From the NCBI GenBank assembly GCA_037142195.1, contig JBAXBA010000005.1, positions 430 through 64,429 on the forward strand: a stretch of 64,000 nucleotides of DNA, read 5' to 3'. Source of the stretch: Pseudomonadota bacterium. GTDB taxonomy: Bacteria > Bdellovibrionota_B > Oligoflexia > Oligoflexales > CAIMVM01. Shown here piece after piece: positions 8,901 to 17,600 of the stretch. How positions within the stretch are numbered: the stretch's first letter is position 1; each line of letters opens with the position of its first letter. Under the pieces are notes generated by a model that ran no database searches, was not told where the DNA came from, and saw only the letters and a list, made by a program, of their open reading frames with translations. The translations under genes were made by a program, and so were the position numbers.

Positions 8901-11263
8901 ACGGGGTTATTGGCAATGGTTCCGATAAATTGCTGGGTGACAGTTTGTGAACCTGAATCTGAAGCCCGCACTGTAAAGGAATAAGCCTGACCTCCTGATG
9001 TGACAGCAGGAGTTCCTGATAGGACCCCCGTCGTCGGATGGATAGCAAGACCAGCTGGTAGGCTACCTGTGATGATAGTAAAGCCATAGGGCGTAGTTCC
9101 GCCCGAAACCGTAAGTGGGAAGGAATACGCGACGCCAGCTGTGACGGGAGATAGCTGTGTGGAGAGTATTGACAATACGGAAGATCCAGCATTGACAGTT
9201 CCGGTGAAGCTTTTGCTTGAAGAAATTCCGGCGGAATCAACCACGGTCACGGAAAATCCGTAGTTGGTGTTACCTTGCGAAATCGGCACTGTACCGGTTA
9301 TGGCGCCTGTTGTAGTGTTGATCGAAAGTCCGGAGGGCAAAGCTCCGCTTGAAACCGCGAAAGTCAGTGGTGTAACGCCGCCAGACGTCGACACGCCCGT
9401 GGACACCGCCCCTACTGCGATGCCAGGAATCGTTGTGGAGACAATCTGCACTCCACCAACAGGGTTAGCGGCAACTGTTCCAACCAGGGAAACCGTTTGA
9501 GTTTGCGAAGCCGCATCGGTCACACGGATGGTAAACGAATAGGCTTGGCCACCAGATGTAATCGCTGGGGACCCCGAAATTATACCTGTTGACGCACCAA
9601 GCGAAAGGCCTGAAGGCAGCGTGCCGCTAGTGACGGCGAATGCGTAGGGTTTTGAACCACCTGATACCGCGATGGGAAATGAGTACGTAATGCCAGCAGT
9701 CACCGGAGAGATCGCCGTTGTGATCATTGATAACAGCGCCGAACCGGGATTAATGGTACCAGAAAAACTTTTGCTTGCTGTGGCACCTGCTGCATCCGCG
9801 ACAGCGATGGAAAATCCATAGTTAGCGTTGCCTGCAGAAACGGGGATGGTTCCCGTGATGGCACCTGTTGTGGTGTTGATCGAGAGGCCAGCTGGTAACG
9901 TTCCACTGGAAACACTGAACACCAGGGGAGCGACGCCGCCACTTGTTGAAATCCCCGTAGAAACGGCCCCCACAGCCATGCCAGGTACCGTCGTCGATAC
10001 GATCTGAATGGAGCCCACTGGGTTTGATGCAACGGTGCCAACAAATGAGTTCGTCTGACTTTGAGCACTCGCATCAGTCACCCTGATAGTCACGCTATAG
10101 GAACGACCTCCGGTAGTGATACCTGGAGTGCCTGAGATAATACCCGTTGCGCTATCAAGACTGAGTCCCGTTGGGAGTGCCCCCGATGCTACCGAGAATG
10201 CATAGGGAGCCGTGCCGCCTGTTGCAGAAAGGGGGAAGTTATAACTAATGCCCGCAGCAATAGTCGAAAGGCTTGTTGTGATCAAAGTCAACACCGAGGA
10301 ACCAGGATTGATGGTTCCCGTAAAGCTTCGCGTTGCCGCAGAGCCAGAAGAGTCCGTCACAGTTACGGAGAAGCCGTAGCTCGAGTTGGCAGCACTGACA
10401 GGCACGGTGCCGCTTATGGAGCCAGTCATCGGGTCAATGGAAAGTCCTGATGGCAAGGTTCCACTGCTGACCGTAAAATGCAGAGGCGTGGCTCCGCCCG
10501 CCGTAGAAATTCCCGTCGAAACAGCCCCCACGCCCACACCTGGAATCGATGTCGACACAATTTGAATCGCTCCGACAGGGTTGGCAGAGACTTGGCCTAC
10601 AAATGAAATCGTCTGTATTTGGGATGCAGAATCAGAGACCTTGACCACGACTACATAGGATTGTCCACCAGAGCTAATCGCCGCAGTTCCTGAAATGACC
10701 CCTGTCGTTTCGTCAAGCAAAAGCCCAGCAGGCAATAAGCCGGTGGAGATGGCGAATTTATACGGCGTGGTTCCGCCAACGACCGCAACCGGAAATGAAT
10801 AAGGCACACCCGCAGTCACCGCAGACATCTCGGTGCTCACAATTGACAGCAAGGCATTTCCTGGATCCACTTTACAATTAAATACACGAAGATCGGATAA
10901 CCCCGCAGCATCGGTCACTTTGATGGTTGGTGTATAGGTTTGATTCGCGGCAGCTGGAGGAATGGTTCCACTGATTTGGCCCGTGAGTGGATCCATGATC
11001 AGCCCACTTGGGAGCTGGCCATCTGAGATGGAGAATGTGAGAGGCAACACGCCCCCTGCAGTAGAAATACCAGTTTGAACTACGCCGACGGTCATACCTG
11101 GAAGTGTTTTTGAAACAATTTTGACACCGGACGCCGAAGCTTGACCAGCTGAAAGATCTGCTACCTTGCCACCGCAAGCTTGCAATAGCAGAAGAGACAG
11201 TATCGTTACCATACTGACAAGCACTGAATGGATGCGTCCTAACATGGGATTGAAGTGTTTCAT
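2960..11263 (-). CDS. Giant surface lipoprotein 1 (~2767 aa): 17 putative-Ig (He_PIG) domains plus FG-GAP/VCBS propeller head; probable adhesin
   Basis: Start reassigned to ATG at 11263 (AGGAG RBS upstream). Lipobox LLQA-C. Repeated GGxxPYxFxxxSGxLPxGLxLxxxTGxISGTP motif. C-terminal DxD/NxDG blades (DIDQDAK, DFNNDG, DANGDN, DLNNDG, DLDQDG, DIDQDG, DVNADG, DINNDN). Confidence 0.9.
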   Translation of the reverse strand: MKHFNPMLGRIHSVLVSMVTILSLLLLQACGGKVADLSAGQASASGVKIVSKTLPGMTVGVVQTGISTAGGVLPLTFSISDGQLPSGLIMDPLTGQISGTIPPAAANQTYTPTIKVTDAAGLSDLRVFNCKVDPGNALLSIVSTEMSAVTAGVPYSFPVAVVGGTTPYKFAISTGLLPAGLLLDETTGVISGTAAISSGGQSYVVVVKVSDSASQIQTISFVGQVSANPVGAIQIVSTSIPGVGVGAVSTGISTAGGATPLHFTVSSGTLPSGLSIDPMTGSISGTVPVSAANSSYGFSVTVTDSSGSAATRSFTGTINPGSSVLTLITTSLSTIAAGISYNFPLSATGGTAPYAFSVASGALPTGLSLDSATGIISGTPGITTGGRSYSVTIRVTDASAQSQTNSFVGTVASNPVGSIQIVSTTVPGMAVGAVSTGISTSGGVAPLVFSVSSGTLPAGLSINTTTGAITGTIPVSAGNANYGFSIAVADAAGATASKSFSGTINPGSALLSMITTAISPVTAGITYSFPIAVSGGSKPYAFAVTSGTLPSGLSLGASTGIISGSPAITSGGQAYSFTIRVTDAASQTQTVSLVGTVAANPVGGVQIVSTTIPGIAVGAVSTGVSTSGGVTPLTFAVSSGALPSGLSINTTTGAITGTVPISQGNTNYGFSVTVVDSAGISSSKSFTGTVNAGSSVLSILSTQLSPVTAGVAYSFPLTVSGGTTPYGFTIITGSLPAGLAIHPTTGVLSGTPAVTSGGQAYSFTVRASDSGSQTVTQQFIGTIANNPVGSVKVVSTTIPGLGVGPVSTGISTAGGITPLTFALTSGTLPTGLALNASTGAITGTIPVSSANASYGFSITVTDASSAFDVKSFTGTINAGTSLLTINSTSLSQFIAGISYSYPIVVTGGSSPYTFTISSGSLPTGVSLNPSSGTLSGTPSVTTAGQSFAFTVTTTDASNQTANKTYTATVASSTAASLSIASQTIPAPSAGSPYVAAISVSGGTPPYAYSISNGSLPSGLSLSTSSGVISGTPAYSTKGSAYLFTVQVTDTTNLTTSGSYPGFVGSYTTAISPSTLPTAIPSANYNGFISTTGGQAPYIYSLTSGTLPSGLALNASTGVISGTVAESEAGLTRNFTIKSVDANNVQTSTAYALTTDNFTVNITNSSLANATEGSAYSNSSTSLTATGGSGPYTFQYTGSLPSGIGLTSSGAFFGTAATNSGAMSPGTNYTIYVRARDSNNNVSATVPLILTTIVSVPSVTSATPTAAVLGSAYSYTLTASGGRGPYSFAVTAGSAPAGLSLATSGLMSGIASVANTCPTGSFTVRVTDSLSQISGASVKCIDTVNGVLILNTSLPMVAIGVNYAAQINVSGGTTPYTYAATGLPNGVTIHPTTGALAGFTNSTSGDYSAYITVTDSSTPSALSTTRAFTVSVRNLLTLASSTIARAATGVAYNNGSGVQLNANGGYSPYTYALSSGSLPSGMTLTSAGKIQGTPAYNTAVNGGTYSFSVIATDSLGNQTAAAAYTLYVTIPPKLTDSSLPMAVVGTPYAYDIRRTGGVNQFNGSSTATRLTYSVSVTSPAATTLSGIGLNYSNSTGRIYGTPNAAGTYTLAVSLTDQHGFVASKNMPLKVNSVGKRLDLKTARWSDPCTGQSQCYPQAYDIAPITGNSQQFVVHSRADTAPRSLQIVKIDAEGRIPLAGANVTSINVPLSIASDINYVRIADIDQDAKLDIVFVDRVSKQVCVLWNSGTVDTFGMPNGFSTNSSTCFPMPNGANAANYPYYLQVRSDLRPDSVNNGRQDLIVSGTSTADSMIYAMLNTCAVNGNCSSASQRAAIFKGYVTTTGNITSGGSSMTSVPSVTGLWVGAVIYGVGIPVNTTITGISGSGPYTLTLSANATATTTAVSITQQAVTTITGNVTVNTNTILGVASLGSPQIFAGQQVSGTGIQAGTTVASITGSAGNYTITMNYNFVSPGVTGSSSLQFYGPAAARPILYSSGSRAMRDVTNMGVGWFKAAKPTLGAANSSDTCPGIVILGMDQGGSNSAFGYLARQTYSGGQCLGDFQIHSTASSNNQDELLVGQTWPGGLAVSDFNNDGYSDAAFAMGTANTNSANIRVYITPTSGNGFVGGTASTAQLQSRGTTTTAAAKLIPYCIDGSSSCSYPALVATCGREYWMPAINGGGYQYQQSCLAVLPNQCSAATCTTPFEASTPSLRIDYPAPAGANQELMQVPLVSTSFVYPTATTVAGSPTMTVSSTTNIAVGQSVSGTNIANYAYVTAVNTGASTITINQNALGSSAANGVTLTIPVVPTRRDIVFTGHDHYTGNPYFIVYARNGSSSLDPLKGAAMLDAFPTSFLMPADIGATKFGDANGDNVMDMFAFSPSQSFVGSYVSNSSGATTLSIATNPSPAYLSNPSMGGCPADASGCFPDPYFNSMGVQQGYPNTYPNQNIMDVGDLNNDGIPDLVVVGYSSRGVAITLGGSNGDFATPALYELGVGQDIKPKAVAIADLDQDGIADVVIVGINSTSGLSPVAAWLKGNGDGSFVSAERIDNILNGCTDPRSIQAIDIDQDGRPELATLCYTTQAVWISRRNADANWVLQTGSTINQSGGANGTAMKFARLTTSTATGMDVAIGGLDLNNSMRILNNVTLTVTNASTGAFSLSVGTVGSYIALNGYVGDLDVGDVNADGYGDVVVSMTRQTLTGNVGQSFYTCTSSAAGVCKPALWGGEGADPTSISVVDINNDNIPEIFASFKTDRLIFRTISRILNLSQ
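8336..11125 (-). repeat. Five tandem two-domain (A+B) Ig units, 558-nt / 186-aa period, in giant lipoprotein 1
   Basis: The Asn codon of the NPVG junction recurs at 10580, 10022, 9464 and 8906, exactly 558 nt apart. A domains begin xIVSTxIPG; B domains begin LxxxTxxLS. Confidence 0.9.
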
Positions 11264-11627
11264 AGCATCTCCTTGCAAACTAACTTTCGCACAGAAAAAA
11301 TTAGGCGAATTTCCTAGCAACGGTTAGCCCCCTTCATGTTTGGGCTAGAACCCTTCCCGCCTTTAAGTCAGTTCGGCTTCTCTCCGTATAAGTTAATAGA
11401 TTTCTAAAAGGCGCAATAAAAACGGGTTGTTAATCGCGCTAAATGAGTAGAATTACCTAAACTCAATTCCCTAAATTCACAGGACAAATGGGAACAGAAC
11501 TGCATAATCTCAAGAAATAAGTAACGATTTGCCGTGTCTAAGCAAACCAGAATAATGCCCACTTGGTGGCCTCAGTTATAAGTTTCCTGTAGCGGATGGT
11601 TTTATCTTTCGCACAAGTTATTTTGTG

Positions 11628-14600
11628 CTAATAAGAGATATTGAGTATTCTAGCGATCGTTCTGAACATCAATCGGTCCAGGTAGTAGCTTATAAACAGA
11701 TCTTCCTGACCATCGCCGTCCACATCACCTGAAGTCACTGCGTTGGCTAATATACCTTCCATTCCCCAGCTTTTTGGTTGGCATAGACCATCGCCCGTAG
11801 ACGTACAAGTGTACCAGATACTTCCTGAGTATAATAAGCTGCCAGTTTGTCGCTGCATGGGGACAATGACATCACCGCGTCCATCAGAATCAAGATCGGC
11901 TATTCCAATGTCAGAGGGATAACCAAAAAGAATTACGTAAGGCCCGTAGGTTCCCGCGGACAGTGTGAAGGCTCCCGTGGAGTTATTAATACTTGATATC
12001 GTTACCCCAGAGATCATGCGCAGCGATCTTGTTGCATCCAAGCCTGCAAGTGCGACATCGACACCAGAAGCAGAACCTGTGCTGAGTCGTCCCCATTTCA
12101 TAACAACCCCGTAGCTACCTGCTCCTGCTGCATTGATATTTGTGGCTGACGTAATCCATGATCCGCTGGGATACGCTGTGCTGACAAACCGTCTGCTCAC
12201 TATAATTTGCTGGCTTGTATAACAAATGACTGCCAACTCCGGTCTACCGTCTAAATCGATGTCAACAGCCTGCACAGACCGAGGATCTGTACAAGAACCG
12301 ACGACTCCGTCAATATTCGTCGGAGTCTGGAATGTGCCATCACCGTTTCCTTTAAATTGGCGGGCTACACCAATGCTAGCTCCTGGAGTCTTGTCAACTC
12401 CAACCACGATCAAGTCCAAGATACCGTCTTGGTCCACATCAGAAAGCGCGATGGATTGAGGTGCATTAGCCTTAAACCATAGTCCAGAGATTGTTATGGA
12501 CCCTGATGACCCTGTGTAAGCGGAAGAAAGGTTAAGTACATAAGGTCCAGACCCCGTGATGCTAGAGATGGTTGTACCTGAACCGATGCCGGTTCCGGTA
12601 ACCAATTGTCCAGCATATAAAGCTGGTGAACCAAGATTGACCAGGCCTGTAATCTGCGTGCTGTTGCTCGTAGCTGTACCTGTCACGTTAGTCGCAAATG
12701 TTCCCATTTCATAGAGTTTTGGCTGTGCGAAGTCACCATAAACAGATCCCATGGCCGTCGATACTCCGCGACTCCAGTATCCAGAGACCACGGCATCTGG
12801 AATGCCGTCTTGATTGAGGTCGCCCGTATCCAAAATGTTTTGATTGTTATAAGTATTTGGATAAGTTTGTTGCACGCCCAGCGAATTAAAAACAGGATCT
12901 GGGAAACAAGACGCCGCATCGGTTGGACAGCCGTTTTGTGAGGGGTTAGCCAGGTAATAAGGAGCGGGTCCTACGCCTACGCCGGTACTCACACCAACTG
13001 AGTTTGAAACATAAGATCCCATAAAGGACTGCTGTGGAGAGACCGTATAAAGGTCCAATAGACCATCCCCATTAGAGTCACCCATGCGCATCGTGCCAAT
13101 GTCGGCCGCCTGTAAATAAGCTCCAGGAAACGAATCTAGCATTGTTGCCGCCTTAAACGGATCCGTGGTGCTTGATCCATTGCGGGCAAATACAGTGAAA
13201 TACGGGAACGAATATCCTGCATCCGTAGAAATGGTGGCGACATCAAGCCTTGTGGGAACAGACGGCACTGAGATTTTTACGCCCGTTAAGGTTGATCCGG
13301 TCACTGCTGGTTGATTGATCGTTATGGTACTTCCCGAGGCATTCGTCACATAGGAATAGGGAGGAATCACCGACTGTGGAATGACTATGGCAGCACTGCC
13401 CTGTGCGGCAATCGCGCCAAAATTCATGGTGATAGAGTTCACTGTTTTTGATACGACGTAGTTATTTGCCAAAAGCGCCACACAGTTCGCCGTGACGCAG
13501 GTCACTGGCTGGCCGATTTGGATGTTGGTTGTACTAGAAAGTCCAGTAATCGTCGCACTTCCATTTGTGATCGTCGCCCCAGTCAAATAAACGGGAGCAA
13601 CTGCTGCTTTTCGTGAGGTGATCGAAACATTGGTCGCAGAAGCTGTACCGAGCATCGTTTGGTTTAAGGTAATGGTGCCGGATGCGACTGCTGTAATAAA
13701 GGTATTAGCCGGGATCAATGCACAATTGGCTGTCATGCACCTGATCGCTTGACCAACTTGCAGCTGGGATGTGATCGATGTGGAAATATTAGTAATCGTG
13801 TTCGTGTTTTTCACATCCCCTGAGAATGTCAGAAAGCTATCTGCACAAGCGTCATCAATGCACATTAGGGGCTGACCTGTTTGGATACTGGCGATGGAGG
13901 ACACAGCCGTGATGCTCGTACTTGCATTTGTGATGGTGCCATTGGGTGTCAGATTGCTGGTCGAGACTAGGGGAGCAGGAAATAAATAACCGTTGTTGGG
14001 GCCAGGATAATCAATCCTCGCGGCTGGAGTCGCATTCTCAAAGGGGGTCGAACAGCCGGGTGTTGAGCACTGGTTGGGAATCACGGAAAGACATCCATAA
14101 TTTTGCGTTCCTGACGCGTTGGTTCCTCTGGTACATTTAGCGACCAGTGACGGATAGCTGCAGCTTGCGGAACCATTAAGACAGTAGCTGAGCAATGTAT
14201 CGCCTCCAAGATAGCTTGCGCCGCGACTTTGTAGCTGAGTAGTAAACGAGTTGCCTCCTGAAAAGCTATTGCCCGTATTACCGTTAATATATCCACGAAT
14301 ACTTGCGGATGTTCCCATGTTTTGCGATAACGACGTCACAACATCCGAGATGCCATCACTATTAAAGTCATCGACCGCGATCCAAGAGGGGTAAGCGCCA
14401 CTTCCGGAAATCAGATACTCGTCAGAAGCGTTATGGGTCGTAAAATCACCGGCACACTGGCTGCCTGTCCAGGTCTGGCGAACCACGTACCAGTAGCTAA
14501 AGCTGTTGTTTCCATTCCAGGTTCCTGCGACGACAACGCCCGGACAATCATTGACGCTTTGAGCTTTAACCGTCGGTAGGTTTGGTTTTGCCGCAATGAA

Positions 14601-17600
14601 CCAACCGATTTTGATATCATAGATGTAAGATAGACCCATAGAGCCACTTACAAGGGGCGTATGGGCGTTAGGTCCAAAGACCAAAATGGATGTGGCTGCA
14701 CTCGCCGAAGCGGCACTGGACATCGTGACGCTCGTATTGGCCACGATAGAGACTACGGTAGATCCTGCAGGAAAATTCCCCCCAGAGACCGATTGACCGA
14801 CGCTGATCCCAGCAGTGGAAGCAGTGGTGAAGGTACTCGAGTTTAAGGTGCTATTGCCAGTCAGAGTGTTGCCTGTCGGCCAAGAGATGCCAACGCCTGA
14901 AGTATTGGAGCTGGCATTTTGTGACATGGTAATACACGGCGTGGTGCCGCAGCCCGAGTTGACAGCGGTGATGGTTGTATTTGCTGGAATGTTTGCGCCG
15001 ATTACGGGTAGGCCAACCGCAAGGCCCGTGCTGCTTGTCAGAGAGTTGATGGTATTACCGCTTGTGGTTCCCGTGGCCGCGGCATAATTACGAAAAATCG
15101 TCGATCTAGAAGCGGTACACGCTCCATTGACCGCACAGTTGTTATAGAGCATGAAGAACGTTCCTTGGTTGTTACCATTCATGGAGGTCACGATGATGTC
15201 TTGTTTACCGTAGTTAGTTGCATCTGGTCTTAAATTGTTGGTGACCGAAAATGTATAAGGATAGTTGTTACTATTAGCGCCCGTAGGAATCGGGAAACAA
15301 TCGGTATTGCCAGCGGAAAATCCGCTCGGCATCCCGTAGGAATCGACGTTGACTAAGCCTCCGCTGCCAGCATTCCACATCACACAGATCATTTTGTTAG
15401 TGGTATCATTATAGAGAATATCCTTGTATCCATCTTGATCCATGTCGGCCACACGCACGTTCAAGGGCGTGATGGCATTGGGACGGGAGGGCAAGGGAAC
15501 GTTAATCGTGACAATCCCAGTTCCAGCCAAAGGCACCCGACCTGTGGAGTCAATTTTTGCGATCTGGAGTGACCGTGGAGTCGTGTCTGTGCGTTGGGAG
15601 ATGAGAAATTGTTGTGAGGTGTTGGTTATTGCGTCTATCGTTGCAGTTCCTGGGTTGCACTGGGTGCTGCCTGTGCAAGGATCAGATACGTGGGCGGATT
15701 TTAAATCAAGTGTTTTACCGGTTGCGCGAATCGTGAGCGAGAGATTTTTTGTACCGGTAAAGCCATATTGATCGGTGATGGTAATACCGACCGTATAGGT
15801 TCCAGAGGCAGTGGGTGTGCCGTAAATTCTTCCTGTCGTCGCACCATAAGCGAGCCCGCTTGACGTAAGTCCAGTAACCGCATAACTCAGCTGCGTCGCG
15901 TTAGCGCCGGCGGTTAATAGATTCACACCGCCTGTGCGCTTGATGTCGTAGGCATAGGGCACGCCTACGACAGCTGCGGGCATGACTGATCCAACCACTT
16001 TAGGTGGCACCGTAATATTTATAGTGAAGCTGGCAGCCGAGGAAACATTGCCGATCGTATCCCTTGCAGTGACAGCAAACGTATAACCCCCCCCATAACT
16101 GGCTGCGAGATTGCTTGGTGTTCCAGAAATCAAGCCATCAGAGGACATAGAGAGTCCTGGAGGCAAAGAACCAGATGTAATTTTGTAGATATAAGAATTG
16201 CCCGGCGCCTGACCGCCCGAAGCAGCTAACTGAACGCCGCTGCCATTATTGTAGGGCACACCAACGGCACCTCGCACCAGGGTGGTGCCCGTTAGGGTGA
16301 CTAAATTAATGACGGAGATCTGAAAGGTTCTCGTACTCTTAAGCGGCGGTGTAGAGCTGTCGCTAATGGTGATGTAAAGTGTGTAGATGCCAGGTGCCGC
16401 GGACACGCCTGTGGATTTTAGCTCACCGGTAGCGGAAACGAGGCTAAAACTATTTGGTAAATTTGTCGCCGAGTAAGTGAATGGCGAGGTCCCCCCAGAA
16501 CCCATCATGGTTGTGGAATAACTAGGTCCGACGATGGCGGCAGGGAGTCCACCGTTTGTGATCAAAACGCCGTTGAGCGCTGTAATGCATTTGATGGACG
16601 CCGCTGAGATCTGCGACAAGGCGTCTGTAACCCTGACCGTGAATTGCCCAGCAGGACAGCTAACCAAAGTGGTTGGAATGCCGGATATGGTTCCAGAATC
16701 AGCGATCGTCAAACCAGCAGGTAAAGATCCACCTGTCACAGCAAAGGCATAGGGTGCACGACCTCCGGTGGCTGTTACCGTATAGGAATAAGCTGACCCA
16801 AGAACTCCCGAGTCAGGGGTGAAAGCATCAACTTCGGGGCTGCTTACAACCGTGCGCAGCGCCAAAGTAACGGGCGTGCTGATACGATTGAGCGCATCAC
16901 GCGCACGAACGGTGATGCTGGTTGAAGTGCCTGGCGAAACGCCTCCTGTATTCACAGCAGGTGTGCCAAAGAATACCCCCGTGGATGTCAATCCCATTCC
17001 GGAAGGCAAAGTTCCCGTGTACTCAAATGTATAGGGCCCGGTACCGCCAGTTGCCGCAAGTGCCGTCGACGCGTTGGAATAGGCGATCCCCTCGGTGGCT
17101 GGGGATAGTGATGATGTCGTCACCGAAACCACAAAAGAGCTCGTGGTAAACGAGTATGTCGAGCTGGTTTGCACACCGTTGGCATCAGTGCTTTTGATGG
17201 TGAAGTTCCTTGTGAGTCCAGCCTCAGATTCTGCAATCGTGCCGCCAAGAGATCCATTGGAAGAGTTGAGCGCCAGACCAGAAGGAAGGTTACCAGACGT
17301 GCGTGCATAGGTGTAGGGTGCCTGACCTCCTGAAGAGGCCAGGTAAACACTGTAGGCGCCCCCTGGAGCTCCGTCAGGAAGAGACGCTGGCAGCAACGTG
17401 GTCAAATAGTCGCCCACGGTGCCGGTGTAGGTTTGCTCACTGGTCAAACTGTTACTATCGGTGACTCGAATCACAAAAAGATAGGATGAGATTCTAGCAC
17501 TTTTATTGACCGTGCCAGAAATCCCTCCCGTTGCGGAGTTTAAAGTCAAGCCACCAGGAAGACTGCCTGAGCTGACTGAGAATGTATAAGGCGATGTTCC

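Noticed and set aside
11264-11627. c-di-GMP riboswitch or terminator between the giant genes
   Set aside because: A GGCAAA is present on the minus strand, but the GAAA tetraloop/receptor stems are not. The short hairpin at 11611-11628 has no U-tract.
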